A DNA stretch of 21,823 nucleotides from Candidatus Eiseniibacteriota bacterium (GCA_031364845.1 JANLWX010000100.1:1-21823); one strand, 5' to 3'; positions 1 through 9,123 are shown, counted from the first letter of the stretch. Numbers and translations: made by a program. The notes: generated from the letters alone by a model not told the origin.

Positions 1-73
1 CGCGACTTCCTGTCGCGCTCCGCTCCCCCGACTCTGTCGGCAGCCATCCCTGGCTGCCTCTGTCGCGGGAGCG
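1..73. repeat. Nested palindromic (REP/MITE-like) intergenic element, probably truncated by the window start
   Basis: Hairpins CGCGAC-ttcct-GTCGCG (1-17) and GGCAGCCA-tccc-TGGCTGCC (39-58). The second is enclosed by CGCTCCC(21-27)/GGGAGCG(67-73) and CGAC(29-32)/GTCG(62-65). Confidence 0.55.
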
Positions 74-96
74 TCGCTGCGCGGTCGCCGCTCGCG

Positions 97-156
97 CCGA
101 CAGCTCCGCGGGGCTGCGCAGCTCGGATACCGCCCGCTCCGACAGCTCCGCGGGGC
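97..156 (+). repeat. 18-bp perfect direct repeat, two copies 42 bp apart
   Basis: CCGACAGCTCCGCGGGGC at 97-114 and 139-156. Confidence 0.85.
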
Positions 157-205
157 GGGGCAAGCCGGTTGCCGTACGTTCCGCGCGGCGGGGCACTAGC
201 ACCGC

Positions 206-1327
206 GTGGACCTCGTCGTTCTCTCCGAAGTGCGCTGGGGATACTTCCGGACTCGGAAGCAGTTCCTGCTGTCGCGGTTTCCACCTCATTGGAGAATTTT
301 CTTCGCGCAGCCGCCTGCGTTCGGAGGCGACGACCCCTGGACTCCGCGCCGCGAGGGGAACGTCACGTACTTCACGGTTCCGTTTCTCAAGCCGGGGACG
401 AAGCTGGGTGCTTACAACTGGCTGATCGAGCAGGGCGTGGGGCGGGGTGCAGTCGAATGGGCGGCCGAACGGCAGCTACGGACCGCTCTCAAACGGCTCG
501 GCGTCGAGCCCGATCCGACGCTGCTGGTCTCGAATATCTACGCGGCCCGCTGCCTTTCGCGGCTTCCTTGGAAGCGTGTATTCTACGATTTCAATGACAG
601 TCCGTTTCAGTTCTCGACGTCGCCTGCTTGGGCGGGGGAGTACTGGCAGCGCACGCGCGAGAAGGTCGATCTGTTCTTCGTCGTTTCCGAGTACTACCGG
701 CGGCAACTGAGCGGGGAGACCGATCGGCGGCTGGTCGTGATCGGGAACGGGGTGGAGTTCGATCGGTTCGCCGAGCCTCGTCCTGTGCCTGAAGACCTTC
801 GTGATCTGCCGCGGCCGCTCATCGGTTATGTCGGGTTGCTTTCACACTTTCTGGATTTCAAAGCGCTCGAAGCGTTGCGTGCCGCGCGTCGCGGGGGAAC
901 TCTGGTGCTGATCGGGCCTAAGAGTCCTGCCACCGATGCTGCGGTCGCTGAGTTCGCTTCGCGCGAAGGGGTGCGGGTTCTGGGTTCGAGACCCTATGAA
1001 GAGGTTCCGGCGTATATGCAGGCACTTGATCTCGGCGTGATTCCGTTCCGCGCAGACGACCCGCACGTGCAGGGCATCAACCCGAACAAGGTCTACCAGT
1101 ACCTGGCGGCAGGAGTGCCGGTCGTGACGACGCCGATTCTCGATCTCGCGGCATCGCCTCCGGCATTGAGCTTCGCCACGGATGCGGAAGCGTTCGCGCG
1201 CGCGGCGAACGAGACGCTCGATGCGGCGCGCGACCGCGAGGCGTGCCGTGCGATCGCGCGCGGGCACGACTGGTCGGCGCTCGCGCAGCGCATGGTGCAG
1301 GTCATCGAGGAACCTCTCGCCGCCTGA
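206..1327 (+). CDS. GT4 (GT-B) glycosyltransferase, TuaH-like
   Basis: 373 aa, GTG start. N-terminal 'SEVRWGYFRTRKQFL', 'VIGNGVEFDRF', 'PLIGYVG', 'LGSRPYEEVPAYMQALDLGVIPF' and 'NPNKVYQYLAAGVPVV' match the TuaH-like GT4 pattern. Confidence 0.88.
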   Translation: MDLVVLSEVRWGYFRTRKQFLLSRFPPHWRIFFAQPPAFGGDDPWTPRREGNVTYFTVPFLKPGTKLGAYNWLIEQGVGRGAVEWAAERQLRTALKRLGVEPDPTLLVSNIYAARCLSRLPWKRVFYDFNDSPFQFSTSPAWAGEYWQRTREKVDLFFVVSEYYRRQLSGETDRRLVVIGNGVEFDRFAEPRPVPEDLRDLPRPLIGYVGLLSHFLDFKALEALRAARRGGTLVLIGPKSPATDAAVAEFASREGVRVLGSRPYEEVPAYMQALDLGVIPFRADDPHVQGINPNKVYQYLAAGVPVVTTPILDLAASPPALSFATDAEAFARAANETLDAARDREACRAIARGHDWSALAQRMVQVIEEPLAA

Positions 1328-1359
1328 AATCGCGGCTTCCCTTTCCCCTGGAATCCACC

Positions 1360-3843
1360 ATGACCGAGCGCAAGACCGTGAAGGCCGTTCCCAGGAAGAG
1401 TCCGGCGGCGCGCCCTTTGGGCTTCACGCTGACCACCCGATGGGCGGCCGCGATCTTCGCGCTGCTCGTGGTGCTGTTCTTCCATCAGGTCGTGATCGGC
1501 GGCAAGACGTTCGTCTCGCCCGACACGACGGCACCCGCCGGCTTCGTGCGCATGGGCGAGCAGACGCTCTACAAGGACCACGAGTATCCGCTGTGGAATC
1601 CTTACGTGTTCCTCGGCATGCCGTCGTTTGCGAGCGGCGCCTACAACCCGCTGATCTATCCGCCCGACTGGCCGGTCGCGATCGTCCAGAAGGTGATGCC
1701 GTTCCTGCCTGATCTCACGTGGATGCTCATCTACTACTTCCTCGGCGGGCTGTTCATGTTCCTGCTCGCCCGCGAGTGGGGCGCGCGACCCGAAGGCGCG
1801 CTGCTGGGCGCGGTGTCGTTCGTGTTCGCTCCGAACCTGATCGCGGTCGGCTCGCACGGCCACGGCAGCCAGCTCGTGAACTCTGCCTACCTGCCGCTCA
1901 TGATGTGGCTCGTCACGAGATGGATGCGGCGCGGCCGATTGTCGGACTTGGGATGGCTGGCACTGGCGGGCGGATTTCAGCTCCTGCGCGGGCACGTGCA
2001 GATCTGCTTCTACACGTGGATGGGCGTGGGACTGTACGCCGTCGCGGCGTTGATCGCGGAAGGCCGCGCGCGCGGGGATCATGGCGGTGCCGCCGTGCCG
2101 ACGCCGTTGTCCGCGCGACTTATCCGCTTCGCCTGCGTCGGTGCTGCCGCAGCACTCGCGTTCGGAGTCGCCGGGTTCTACAACCTTCCGCTGCGCGACT
2201 ACGCGCAGTACTCGATCCGCGGCGGCAGCGATGCCGCGGGCGGCGTGGGCATGGACTACGCCACCGCCTGGTCGCTCGCGCCGTACGAGCTGCCCTCGAT
2301 CGTGGTGCCGGGCTGGACGGGATTCGGCGGGGCCACGTACTGGGGCGGCATGCCGTTCACCGACTACCCCAATGCGTTCGTCGGCATGGTCACCGTGGCA
2401 CTCGCCGCGTGCGCGGTGTTCGCGGCCGGCTGGCAGCGCGGGTTCGCGCTCGCGCTCGCGGCGTTCGCGGTGATGATCTCGTTCGGACACTTCTTTCCGC
2501 TCTACGGGGCCCTCTACGACCATCTGCCGCTGTTCAAGAAGTTCCGGATTCCGGTGATGATCGTGCTCCTGTTCCAGCTCGCGGCGGCGGCCGGACTCGC
2601 GTGGGGTTGGAGTGCCGTGCTCGATCGCGCGGGTGCGAAGACCGAGCGGCGCGTACTCCCGCAGAAGCTGCTGGTCGGACTCGCGGTCGCGTTGTGCGTG
2701 GCGCTGCTCGCGGGCGTGCTCGCGCAAGACATGTGGCGCGACGGCTACATCGCGGGCGCGGTCGGCCATCGCAGCGCTCAGGGCTACACGCCGGAACTCG
2801 GCGCGGAAGCGTACCGCGGCTACGTGGGCGACCTGGGGCGCGCGTGCGCCTACGGCCTGCTCGCGCTGGGTGCCGCGTGGATGGTGTTGCGCTCGCAAAT
2901 CGCGCCGATGCTGGCGACCGTATTCGTGCTCGGGCTGCTGATGATCGAACTGTGGCCGGTGAGCGGGAAGCTCATGGTGCCGGTGATCGGCGAGCGGGTC
3001 GAGCGTAGTCTGGACCAGGGCCGTGACGACGTGGTCGAGTTCCTCGAGAAGGCGGGACCTCCCGGAACCTTCCGCATCCTTCCGATCGACGAGTTTCAGA
3101 ACAACCGCTTCGCGGGATTCGGAATCGCCTCGGTCGGCGGCTATCACGCGGCGAAGCCGCGCCGAATCCAGGACTTCATCGAGGCCGAGCTGATCTCGAA
3201 TCTCGGCTGGATGCGCCTGCTGAACGTGAAGTATCTCGTCACGCGCCAGAAGTTCGATCCGAACGCCACACCCTTCCTGCGCCTCGTGCACGAGGGCTCA
3301 TCGAACGTCTACGAGAACCTGCTCGCGCTGCCGCGCGCCACGCTGCTCGGCGAGTACCGCGTGGTGCAGCCGGCGAAAGCGATCCTCGATTCGGTGAAGA
3401 ACGGTTCGAGCGAGAGCGACCGCATCACGTTTCTCGAGCAGGATCCGAAGCTCACGCTCGGTCCGGTCGCCGGGGGTGCGGCGGTCGTGAGTTCCTACCG
3501 CCTCAACAGCGTGGTGGTCGACGTCGACACGCCGGGCCCGGCACTGCTCCGGCTCGCCGACGCGTGGTATCCGGATTGGACCGCCCGCGTCGACGACAAA
3601 ATCGTTCCGATGTACGCGGCCGACTACCTGCTGCGCGCGGTGCCGGTCCCCGCGGGCAAGCATCGTGTCGAGTTCCGTTTCGAGTCGAAGTCGGTCGCCA
3701 CCGGCCTCATGGTGTCGATCGCGAGCCTGGCGATCGCGCTCGTGCTGCTCGGGACCGGCATCGTCACGGGCCGCCGCCGCGACCGCCGCGATGCGGCCGC
3801 ATCCCATGCCGCGCCGCCCGCCGCCGCCGCGGGTCCCGTGTGA
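1360..3843 (+). CDS. YfhO-family (GT-C fold) polytopic membrane glycosyltransferase
   Basis: 827 aa from ATG 1360 (the track start at 1243 overlaps the upstream gene). Shows the YfhO hallmark 'PLWNPYVFLGMPSFA', many TM helices, 'GGYHAAK', 'LLNVKYLV', and a C-terminal 'LADAWYPDWTARVD...ADYLLRAVPVPAGKHRVEFRF' followed by a last TM. Confidence 0.88.
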   Translation: MTERKTVKAVPRKSPAARPLGFTLTTRWAAAIFALLVVLFFHQVVIGGKTFVSPDTTAPAGFVRMGEQTLYKDHEYPLWNPYVFLGMPSFASGAYNPLIYPPDWPVAIVQKVMPFLPDLTWMLIYYFLGGLFMFLLAREWGARPEGALLGAVSFVFAPNLIAVGSHGHGSQLVNSAYLPLMMWLVTRWMRRGRLSDLGWLALAGGFQLLRGHVQICFYTWMGVGLYAVAALIAEGRARGDHGGAAVPTPLSARLIRFACVGAAAALAFGVAGFYNLPLRDYAQYSIRGGSDAAGGVGMDYATAWSLAPYELPSIVVPGWTGFGGATYWGGMPFTDYPNAFVGMVTVALAACAVFAAGWQRGFALALAAFAVMISFGHFFPLYGALYDHLPLFKKFRIPVMIVLLFQLAAAAGLAWGWSAVLDRAGAKTERRVLPQKLLVGLAVALCVALLAGVLAQDMWRDGYIAGAVGHRSAQGYTPELGAEAYRGYVGDLGRACAYGLLALGAAWMVLRSQIAPMLATVFVLGLLMIELWPVSGKLMVPVIGERVERSLDQGRDDVVEFLEKAGPPGTFRILPIDEFQNNRFAGFGIASVGGYHAAKPRRIQDFIEAELISNLGWMRLLNVKYLVTRQKFDPNATPFLRLVHEGSSNVYENLLALPRATLLGEYRVVQPAKAILDSVKNGSSESDRITFLEQDPKLTLGPVAGGAAVVSSYRLNSVVVDVDTPGPALLRLADAWYPDWTARVDDKIVPMYAADYLLRAVPVPAGKHRVEFRFESKSVATGLMVSIASLAIALVLLGTGIVTGRRRDRRDAAASHAAPPAAAAGPV

Positions 3844-3864
3844 CGCGCGCGACCGGGGCCTTTC

Positions 3865-4581
3865 GTGGATAAGCTCGTCATCGTTCCCACGTACAACGAA
3901 CGCGACAACATCGAGCCGCTGCTCACCCGGCTGCTCGCGCTGCCGTTCGATCTGCACGTGCTGATCGTGGACGACGGCTCACCCGATGGGACCGCGGCCG
4001 TGGTGCGCGAGTGGAAGCAGAACATTCCGCGCATCCACCTGATCGAGCGCGCCGGCAAGATGGGCCTCGGCTCGGCGTATCGCGAAGGCTTCCGCTACGC
4101 GCTCGACCACGGCGCGGAGTTCATCTTCGAGATGGACGCCGACTTCTCGCACGACCCCGACAGCATCGGGGAGTTCATCGCGCACGCGCAGAACGCGGAC
4201 GTGGTGCTGGGCTCGCGCTACCTCAAGGGCGTGACGGTCGTGAACTGGCCGATCCAGCGGCTGATCCTGTCGTACCTCGCGAACCGCTACACGCGGCTCG
4301 TGACGGGGCTGCCGGTCAACGACGCCACCGGCGGGTTCAAGTGTTTCCGCCGCCGCGCGCTCGAGGCGATCCGGCTCGACAAGGTCAAGTCCGACGGCTA
4401 CTCGTTCCAGATCGAGATGTCGTTCAAGTGCTGGAAGAAGGGCTTCCGCATCGTGGAGATTCCGATCGTGTTCGTGGACCGCCGCGCCGGCGTGTCCAAG
4501 ATGAACAACAAGATCGTGTGGGAGGCCGCGTGGATGGTGTGGCGGCTGCGGCTGCTCTCCATTTTCGGGCAGCTCGAATAG
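3865..4581 (+). CDS. GT2 polyprenol-monophosphate-sugar (Ppm1/DPM1-like) synthase
   Basis: 238 aa with 'VPTYNERDNI', 'IVDDGSPDGT', 'GLGSAYREGF', 'EMDADFSHDP', 'GSRY', 'DATGGFKCFRR', 'GYSFQIEM' and 'FVDRRAGVSKM'. Confidence 0.92.
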   Translation: MDKLVIVPTYNERDNIEPLLTRLLALPFDLHVLIVDDGSPDGTAAVVREWKQNIPRIHLIERAGKMGLGSAYREGFRYALDHGAEFIFEMDADFSHDPDSIGEFIAHAQNADVVLGSRYLKGVTVVNWPIQRLILSYLANRYTRLVTGLPVNDATGGFKCFRRRALEAIRLDKVKSDGYSFQIEMSFKCWKKGFRIVEIPIVFVDRRAGVSKMNNKIVWEAAWMVWRLRLLSIFGQLE

Positions 4582-4649
4582 TGCCGCGCCGAGCCCCGGC
4601 ACCCGATTCCGCGGGAGCATCGCAACGGCCTGCGGGGTATCATTCCCCG

Positions 4650-6938
4650 ATGCATCGGCACCGGATCCCCCGCCTTCCCGCCGCCATCGCACTCGCGGCG
4701 GCCACAGCACTCCTGTTCGCTCCTGCCCCGGCGCGCGCGACCGGTCCGTGGACGACGTTCCTGCGCGCCTACACGTTCACCGACGCGCTCGTGGACTCCG
4801 CATCGCTGTGGACCTCGACGCTCGAAGCCGGCCTGCTGCGCTACGACCGCGAGGCGCAGACGTTCGAATCGATCGTTCGCGAACCGGGCGGCCTCGCCGG
4901 CAATGCCGTGCTGTCGCTCGCGCTCGACCGTTCGCGGCGCCTGTGGGCCGGCACCCGTGGCCAGGGGCTCAGCTATCTCTCGGCCGACCGCACGCGCTGG
5001 AATCTGCTCAACGAGTTCGACGGCCTCCCGTCGGACACGGTGAACGTGATCGTTCCGGATGGCGACACGTTGTGGATCGGCACCACGACCGGGCTCGCGC
5101 TGTGGGACGGTGACGAAATCCTCGGCACGCTGCCCGACGGCGTCAATCCTTCGCCGTTCGCGAGCAACAACATCACCGGCGTGGTCGTGATGGGCGACTC
5201 GTTGTTCGTCGCGACGCGCGGCGGCGTCTATCTGAGCCGCGTGAGCCAGAGCTTCAACGACTGGACCGCGCTCGCGACCGGTCTGCCGACGCTGCGCATC
5301 GACCAGCTCGTCTCCGACGGCCGCGACGTGTTCGCATTTTCGAGCGACCCCGAGTGGGGCGTGCCGTATCGCCTCGCGGGATCTGCATGGGTGCGGCAGG
5401 GCGGCCTCGGCGGCGTGCGATCGATCGACGCCGATCGCGGCACGATCTTCGTGATGACCGGCGCCGGGATCTTCCGCTGGAACGGTTCGGCCTATGTCGC
5501 GATCGCCGGCGCGCCGTTCTCGCGATTGGCCCGCGATGGCTGGATCGAGCCCGCGGTCGCAGCGGACGGACTGATCCATGGCGTCAATCGCGACGGGTTC
5601 TACGAACAAACGCCGGGTGGCGCGCCGTGGACACTCCGCCGCCCGCCGCAGCCTCCGGGAAACAACATCATCAACCTCGCGATCGAAGGTCCGCGCGTCT
5701 ACGTCAACACGTTCGCGGAAGGCGTCGGACGTTACGACGGAGAGGCGTGGAAGGTGTGGGCTCCAGTTCCCTGCCGCCTTCCCAATTGCGATCCCGACAC
5801 GACGTTCCTCAACTCGGCATTCTCGTTCGCGCTGCTCGTCGACAAGCGCGGGACCAAGTGGTTCAGCACCTGGGGTGCCACCGACAAGCCCGAGGCGCCC
5901 GGCGCCATCGAGCGCATGCGGGACGACTCAGACCCTCCGCAGTTCGACCGCGTCCAGACGTGGGGCGACGGATTCGTTCCCGTACGCCACACGTTCGGGG
6001 TGGCCTCGACGCTCGACTCCAGCGGCGGTCACTGGTTCGGGATGGACAGCGCCGAGCGCGAGAACTCGGCATTCTCTCCGATCGGGATCGACTACTACGA
6101 TTCGAACGGCGTGTTCGTGCGCAACATCGGCACGTCCCAGTCGACCCTCAGAACCGGCCGCATCCTGGCGCTCACCACGGACCGATTGGGCACGGTGTGG
6201 GTCGGGACCACCGGCCAGGGCATCCAGCGTGTGATCTGGGACGGTACGCTCAGCAGCGCGCCGCTGTTCCTCACCGTGAACCCCGACGATCGCGACGACG
6301 TGCGCGGAATCGTGGCGGCCGGCGACACCGTGTGGGCCCAGAGCACCAACAACGTCCGCGCGTACCGCCGCTCGACCGCGGGTTTCATCGACGACTTCCC
6401 GGTGCCGGCCGGTCCTTCCGATCTCGCGGGGAATCCACTCGAAGTCGCGCGCGACGGAACCATCTGGGCCGGCACCGTGAACGGGATCCGTGTTTACCGG
6501 CGCGACGGTTCGACGCTCGCCGACTTCACCGCGGCCAACTCGCCGCTCGCGAGCGACGAAGTACGCGCGATCCGCTCCGACCGCGCGACCGGCGTGATGT
6601 GGATCGGCACCGCGGCCGGCCTCCATCGTTACGATCCCGGCTACGTGACGCCGGCGCCGCCCGCGGTCGAGAAGTTGCAGGCGCGCGTCTATCCCAACCC
6701 GGCGCGGCTCACGGCACTCGGCATCGACCTGCGCATCCTCGGCAACACTACCGGCTACCGCGGCGCGATCTACGATCTCACGGGACGCAAAGTGCACGCG
6801 TTCGCGGGTGCGGCCAACGCCGCACTGGTGTGGAACGGCCGCGATCGCAGCGGACGCCTGGTCCAGCCCGGCGTCTACTTCCTGCACGTCGAAGCCGGCG
6901 GCCGCTCGGCGGTGCTGCGCATCGCGCTGCTCCATTGA
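4650..6938 (+). CDS. Secreted PorZ-like beta-propeller protein with C-terminal T9SS/FlgD-Ig-like domain
   Basis: 762 aa from ATG 4650. Signal peptide 'MHRHRIPRLPAAIALAAATALLFAPAPARA'. Repeated propeller blades (GLAGNAVLSLALDRSRRLWAGT, GLPSDTVNVIVPDGDTLWIGT, NSPLASDEVRAIRSDRATGVMWIGT). C-terminal 'VYPNP...IYDLTGRKV...WNGRDRSGRLVQPGVYFLHV'. Confidence 0.8.
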   Translation: MHRHRIPRLPAAIALAAATALLFAPAPARATGPWTTFLRAYTFTDALVDSASLWTSTLEAGLLRYDREAQTFESIVREPGGLAGNAVLSLALDRSRRLWAGTRGQGLSYLSADRTRWNLLNEFDGLPSDTVNVIVPDGDTLWIGTTTGLALWDGDEILGTLPDGVNPSPFASNNITGVVVMGDSLFVATRGGVYLSRVSQSFNDWTALATGLPTLRIDQLVSDGRDVFAFSSDPEWGVPYRLAGSAWVRQGGLGGVRSIDADRGTIFVMTGAGIFRWNGSAYVAIAGAPFSRLARDGWIEPAVAADGLIHGVNRDGFYEQTPGGAPWTLRRPPQPPGNNIINLAIEGPRVYVNTFAEGVGRYDGEAWKVWAPVPCRLPNCDPDTTFLNSAFSFALLVDKRGTKWFSTWGATDKPEAPGAIERMRDDSDPPQFDRVQTWGDGFVPVRHTFGVASTLDSSGGHWFGMDSAERENSAFSPIGIDYYDSNGVFVRNIGTSQSTLRTGRILALTTDRLGTVWVGTTGQGIQRVIWDGTLSSAPLFLTVNPDDRDDVRGIVAAGDTVWAQSTNNVRAYRRSTAGFIDDFPVPAGPSDLAGNPLEVARDGTIWAGTVNGIRVYRRDGSTLADFTAANSPLASDEVRAIRSDRATGVMWIGTAAGLHRYDPGYVTPAPPAVEKLQARVYPNPARLTALGIDLRILGNTTGYRGAIYDLTGRKVHAFAGAANAALVWNGRDRSGRLVQPGVYFLHVEAGGRSAVLRIALLH

Positions 6939-6966
6939 CGGGCCGCACCGCGCGTCTCGCTTCCGC

Positions 6967-7995
6967 GTGAGTGTGTCGTTCCGCATCCTCGACGACGCGC
7001 CTCCGGCGTGGGATGCGCTTGTCCACGACGATCCGGGCGCCACGCCGGCTCACCGGCCTGAGCTGTGGCGCCTGCTCGCGGACGCGGTGCCCGGAGGGCG
7101 CGTCGCGTTCATCGCGGCCGAGGATCGCGGTACGTTGATCGGCGGAAGCGGGATCGTCATCGAGCGCCGGGCGGGATTCCGCTGGCTGCACGCGCAACCG
7201 TGGCTGCTGTCGGGCGCTCCGCTCGCGGCGGAGGCACGGCACACCGACGTCGATCACGCGGTCGCATCCGGCTTTCACGCGTTGATGGAACGCATCGGTC
7301 CGGTGGGAGGCGAGTGGGCGTGTTATCGCCCGCACGGGCCCGAAGTCGAGGCCGCGGCACTCGAGCGGATTCCGGGTACCACGTCGCGGATCGAGACCGC
7401 CGTGGTGGATCTCGCGGGCGGGCTCGACGGCGCGCGCGCGCGGCTGGGCAAACGTCTGCGCCAGTACCTGCGCAACGAGTCGCGTCCGCTCGAATTCAAA
7501 GACGAGCCCGCCGCCGTCGAAGACGTCTACGTGCTCCATGCGCGGCAGGCGCGCGGATGGCGCGGCTACTCGCCGCTGCCGCTCGATCTGTCGCGGCGGC
7601 TGCTCACCTGCGAGGCGGGATCCGAGCCGCTCGCGCATCTGTTCACGTTGCGCGAACATGGCCGGCTGCTCGCGGCGACCTTGTTCCTCGATCACCGGCG
7701 CGAGTTGTTCGCGTGGTGGAGCGGCATCAGCGCTCGCGCGCGCGGGAATCACGTGTTTCCGCTGCTGCTGTGGAAGGCCGTAGAGTGGGCCGCGGAGCGT
7801 GGCCGTGTGCGCGTGAACCTCGGAGGCAGCGCGGGTCGCGCTTCGTTGATCGCGTTCAAGGAGGCGCTCGGCGCCGAGGATCGCGCCTTCCCGGTGCGGT
7901 GGCTGTCCGCGCAGCATGCCTCGCCGGCCGGCCGCGCGATCGCGGCACTCCAGGCGTGGCGCCGCCGCGCGCGGCCGCGCGGCCTCACGGAGTGA
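6967..7995 (+). CDS. GNAT/FemAB-like (Acetyltransf_6-type) acyl- or aminoacyl-transferase
   Basis: ~342 aa (GTG 6967 or 6973). 'AWDALV...ATPAHRPELW', 'TAVVDL...LGKRLRQYLR', 'LLAATLF' and 'LLLWKAVEWAAERGRVRVNLGGS...LIAFKEALGA' fit the double-GNAT FemAB fold. Confidence 0.82.
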   Translation: MSVSFRILDDAPPAWDALVHDDPGATPAHRPELWRLLADAVPGGRVAFIAAEDRGTLIGGSGIVIERRAGFRWLHAQPWLLSGAPLAAEARHTDVDHAVASGFHALMERIGPVGGEWACYRPHGPEVEAAALERIPGTTSRIETAVVDLAGGLDGARARLGKRLRQYLRNESRPLEFKDEPAAVEDVYVLHARQARGWRGYSPLPLDLSRRLLTCEAGSEPLAHLFTLREHGRLLAATLFLDHRRELFAWWSGISARARGNHVFPLLLWKAVEWAAERGRVRVNLGGSAGRASLIAFKEALGAEDRAFPVRWLSAQHASPAGRAIAALQAWRRRARPRGLTE

Positions 7996-8024
7996 GACCG
8001 GACGTCGGGTAACAGGGAGGTGCC

Positions 8025-9086
8025 ATGAAGATCGCGACCCTCGGCAACGCCGCGGTCATTCATACCCGCCGCTGGGTCGAGTGTTTTCGCGCGCGCGGCC
8101 ATGACGTGCGCGTGTGGTCGCTCGAGCCCGCGGCCGCGGACTTCACCGCCGAAGCGCTGCCGCGCGCTCCGCTGCCGGGGTTCCTGCGCTACGGCCTCGC
8201 GACCCCGGCGCTCGTGCGGGCGCTCGCCGAGTTCCGGCCCGACGTGGTCGATGCGCACTTCGTTCCCAATTACGGCGTGATGGCGGCGCTGTCGGGCTTC
8301 CACCCGTTCTCGATCACCGCGTGGGGCTCGGATCTGCTGATCGACGCGCCGCGCGACGTGCTGCAGCGGGTCCGCGCGCGCTTCGTGCTCGCGCGCGCCG
8401 ATCTGGTGCTCGCCGACAGCAACAACCTCGCGGCCGCGGCACTCGAGCACGGCGCCGATCCCGCGCGGGTCCACGCGATTCCGTGGGGCGTGGAGATCGA
8501 GCGCTTCCAGTCGCTGCCGCCGCGCGAGCCGGGACTGATGTTCGGCGCGCGCATGCACGAGCCGGTCTACGACATCCCCGCGCTGATCCGGGGCGCGCAA
8601 CCGGTGCTCGCACGCCATCCGCGCGCGCGGCTGGTCCTCGCGGGCGACGGCAGCCTGCGTGGGGAGCACGAGCGGCTCGCGCGGGAACTGCTGCCACCGG
8701 ATCGCGTGAGCTTCGTCGGCCTGCTGAGGCCGCACGAACTCGCCTCGTGGCTCGGGCGCGCCGACATCTATCTCTCGTCCTCGTTGTCCGATTCGACGTC
8801 GGTGACGCTGCTCGAAGCGATGGCGGCGGGAGCGGTGCCGGTGGTGAGCGACATCGACGGCAACCGCGAATGGCTGGCAGACGGCGATGGCGCGCGGCTG
8901 TTCACGCCGGGGGATGCCGCCGGCGTGACGCGCGCGATCGAGCAGGTGCTCGGCGACACGGCATGGGCGGCCGCCGCGCGCGCGCGCAATCGCTCGGTGA
9001 TCGAGGCGCGCGGCGTGTGGAGCACGAACATGGGACGCATCGAATCGCTGTTCGAAGCGCTGGCGCAGCGGAAGCGCTCATGGTGA
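8025..9086 (+). CDS. GT4 glycosyltransferase
   Basis: 353 aa with SD AGGGAGG. 'IHTRRWV', 'PDVVDAHF', 'TAWGSDLL', 'IPWGVEIERF' and 'SLSDSTSVTLLEAMAAGAVPVVSD' (D-x7-E form of the GT4 motif). Confidence 0.9.
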   Translation: MKIATLGNAAVIHTRRWVECFRARGHDVRVWSLEPAAADFTAEALPRAPLPGFLRYGLATPALVRALAEFRPDVVDAHFVPNYGVMAALSGFHPFSITAWGSDLLIDAPRDVLQRVRARFVLARADLVLADSNNLAAAALEHGADPARVHAIPWGVEIERFQSLPPREPGLMFGARMHEPVYDIPALIRGAQPVLARHPRARLVLAGDGSLRGEHERLARELLPPDRVSFVGLLRPHELASWLGRADIYLSSSLSDSTSVTLLEAMAAGAVPVVSDIDGNREWLADGDGARLFTPGDAAGVTRAIEQVLGDTAWAAAARARNRSVIEARGVWSTNMGRIESLFEALAQRKRSW

Positions 9087-9123
9087 GGTATCGATCCTTC
9101 GCCCGGCGATCGCGGGAGATCAC

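Noticed and set aside
97..156. Direct repeat pair as a mini CRISPR array
   Set aside because: Only two 18-bp copies with a 24-bp gap, and no leader or cas genes.
1093..3291. 732-aa minus-strand ORF (also 10389-12116, 16139-18220, 19410-21032 and other long overlapping ORFs)
   Set aside because: These mirror well-supported + strand genes and show no recognisable domains.
4011..4649. 213-aa N-terminal extension of the propeller ORF in the track
   Set aside because: It overlaps the GT2 gene in another frame, and a clear signal peptide begins at ATG 4650. Similar over-extensions were trimmed for YfhO, GNAT, GT-C, mraZ, STAS, rsmH, ftsL, murE, murF and mraY.
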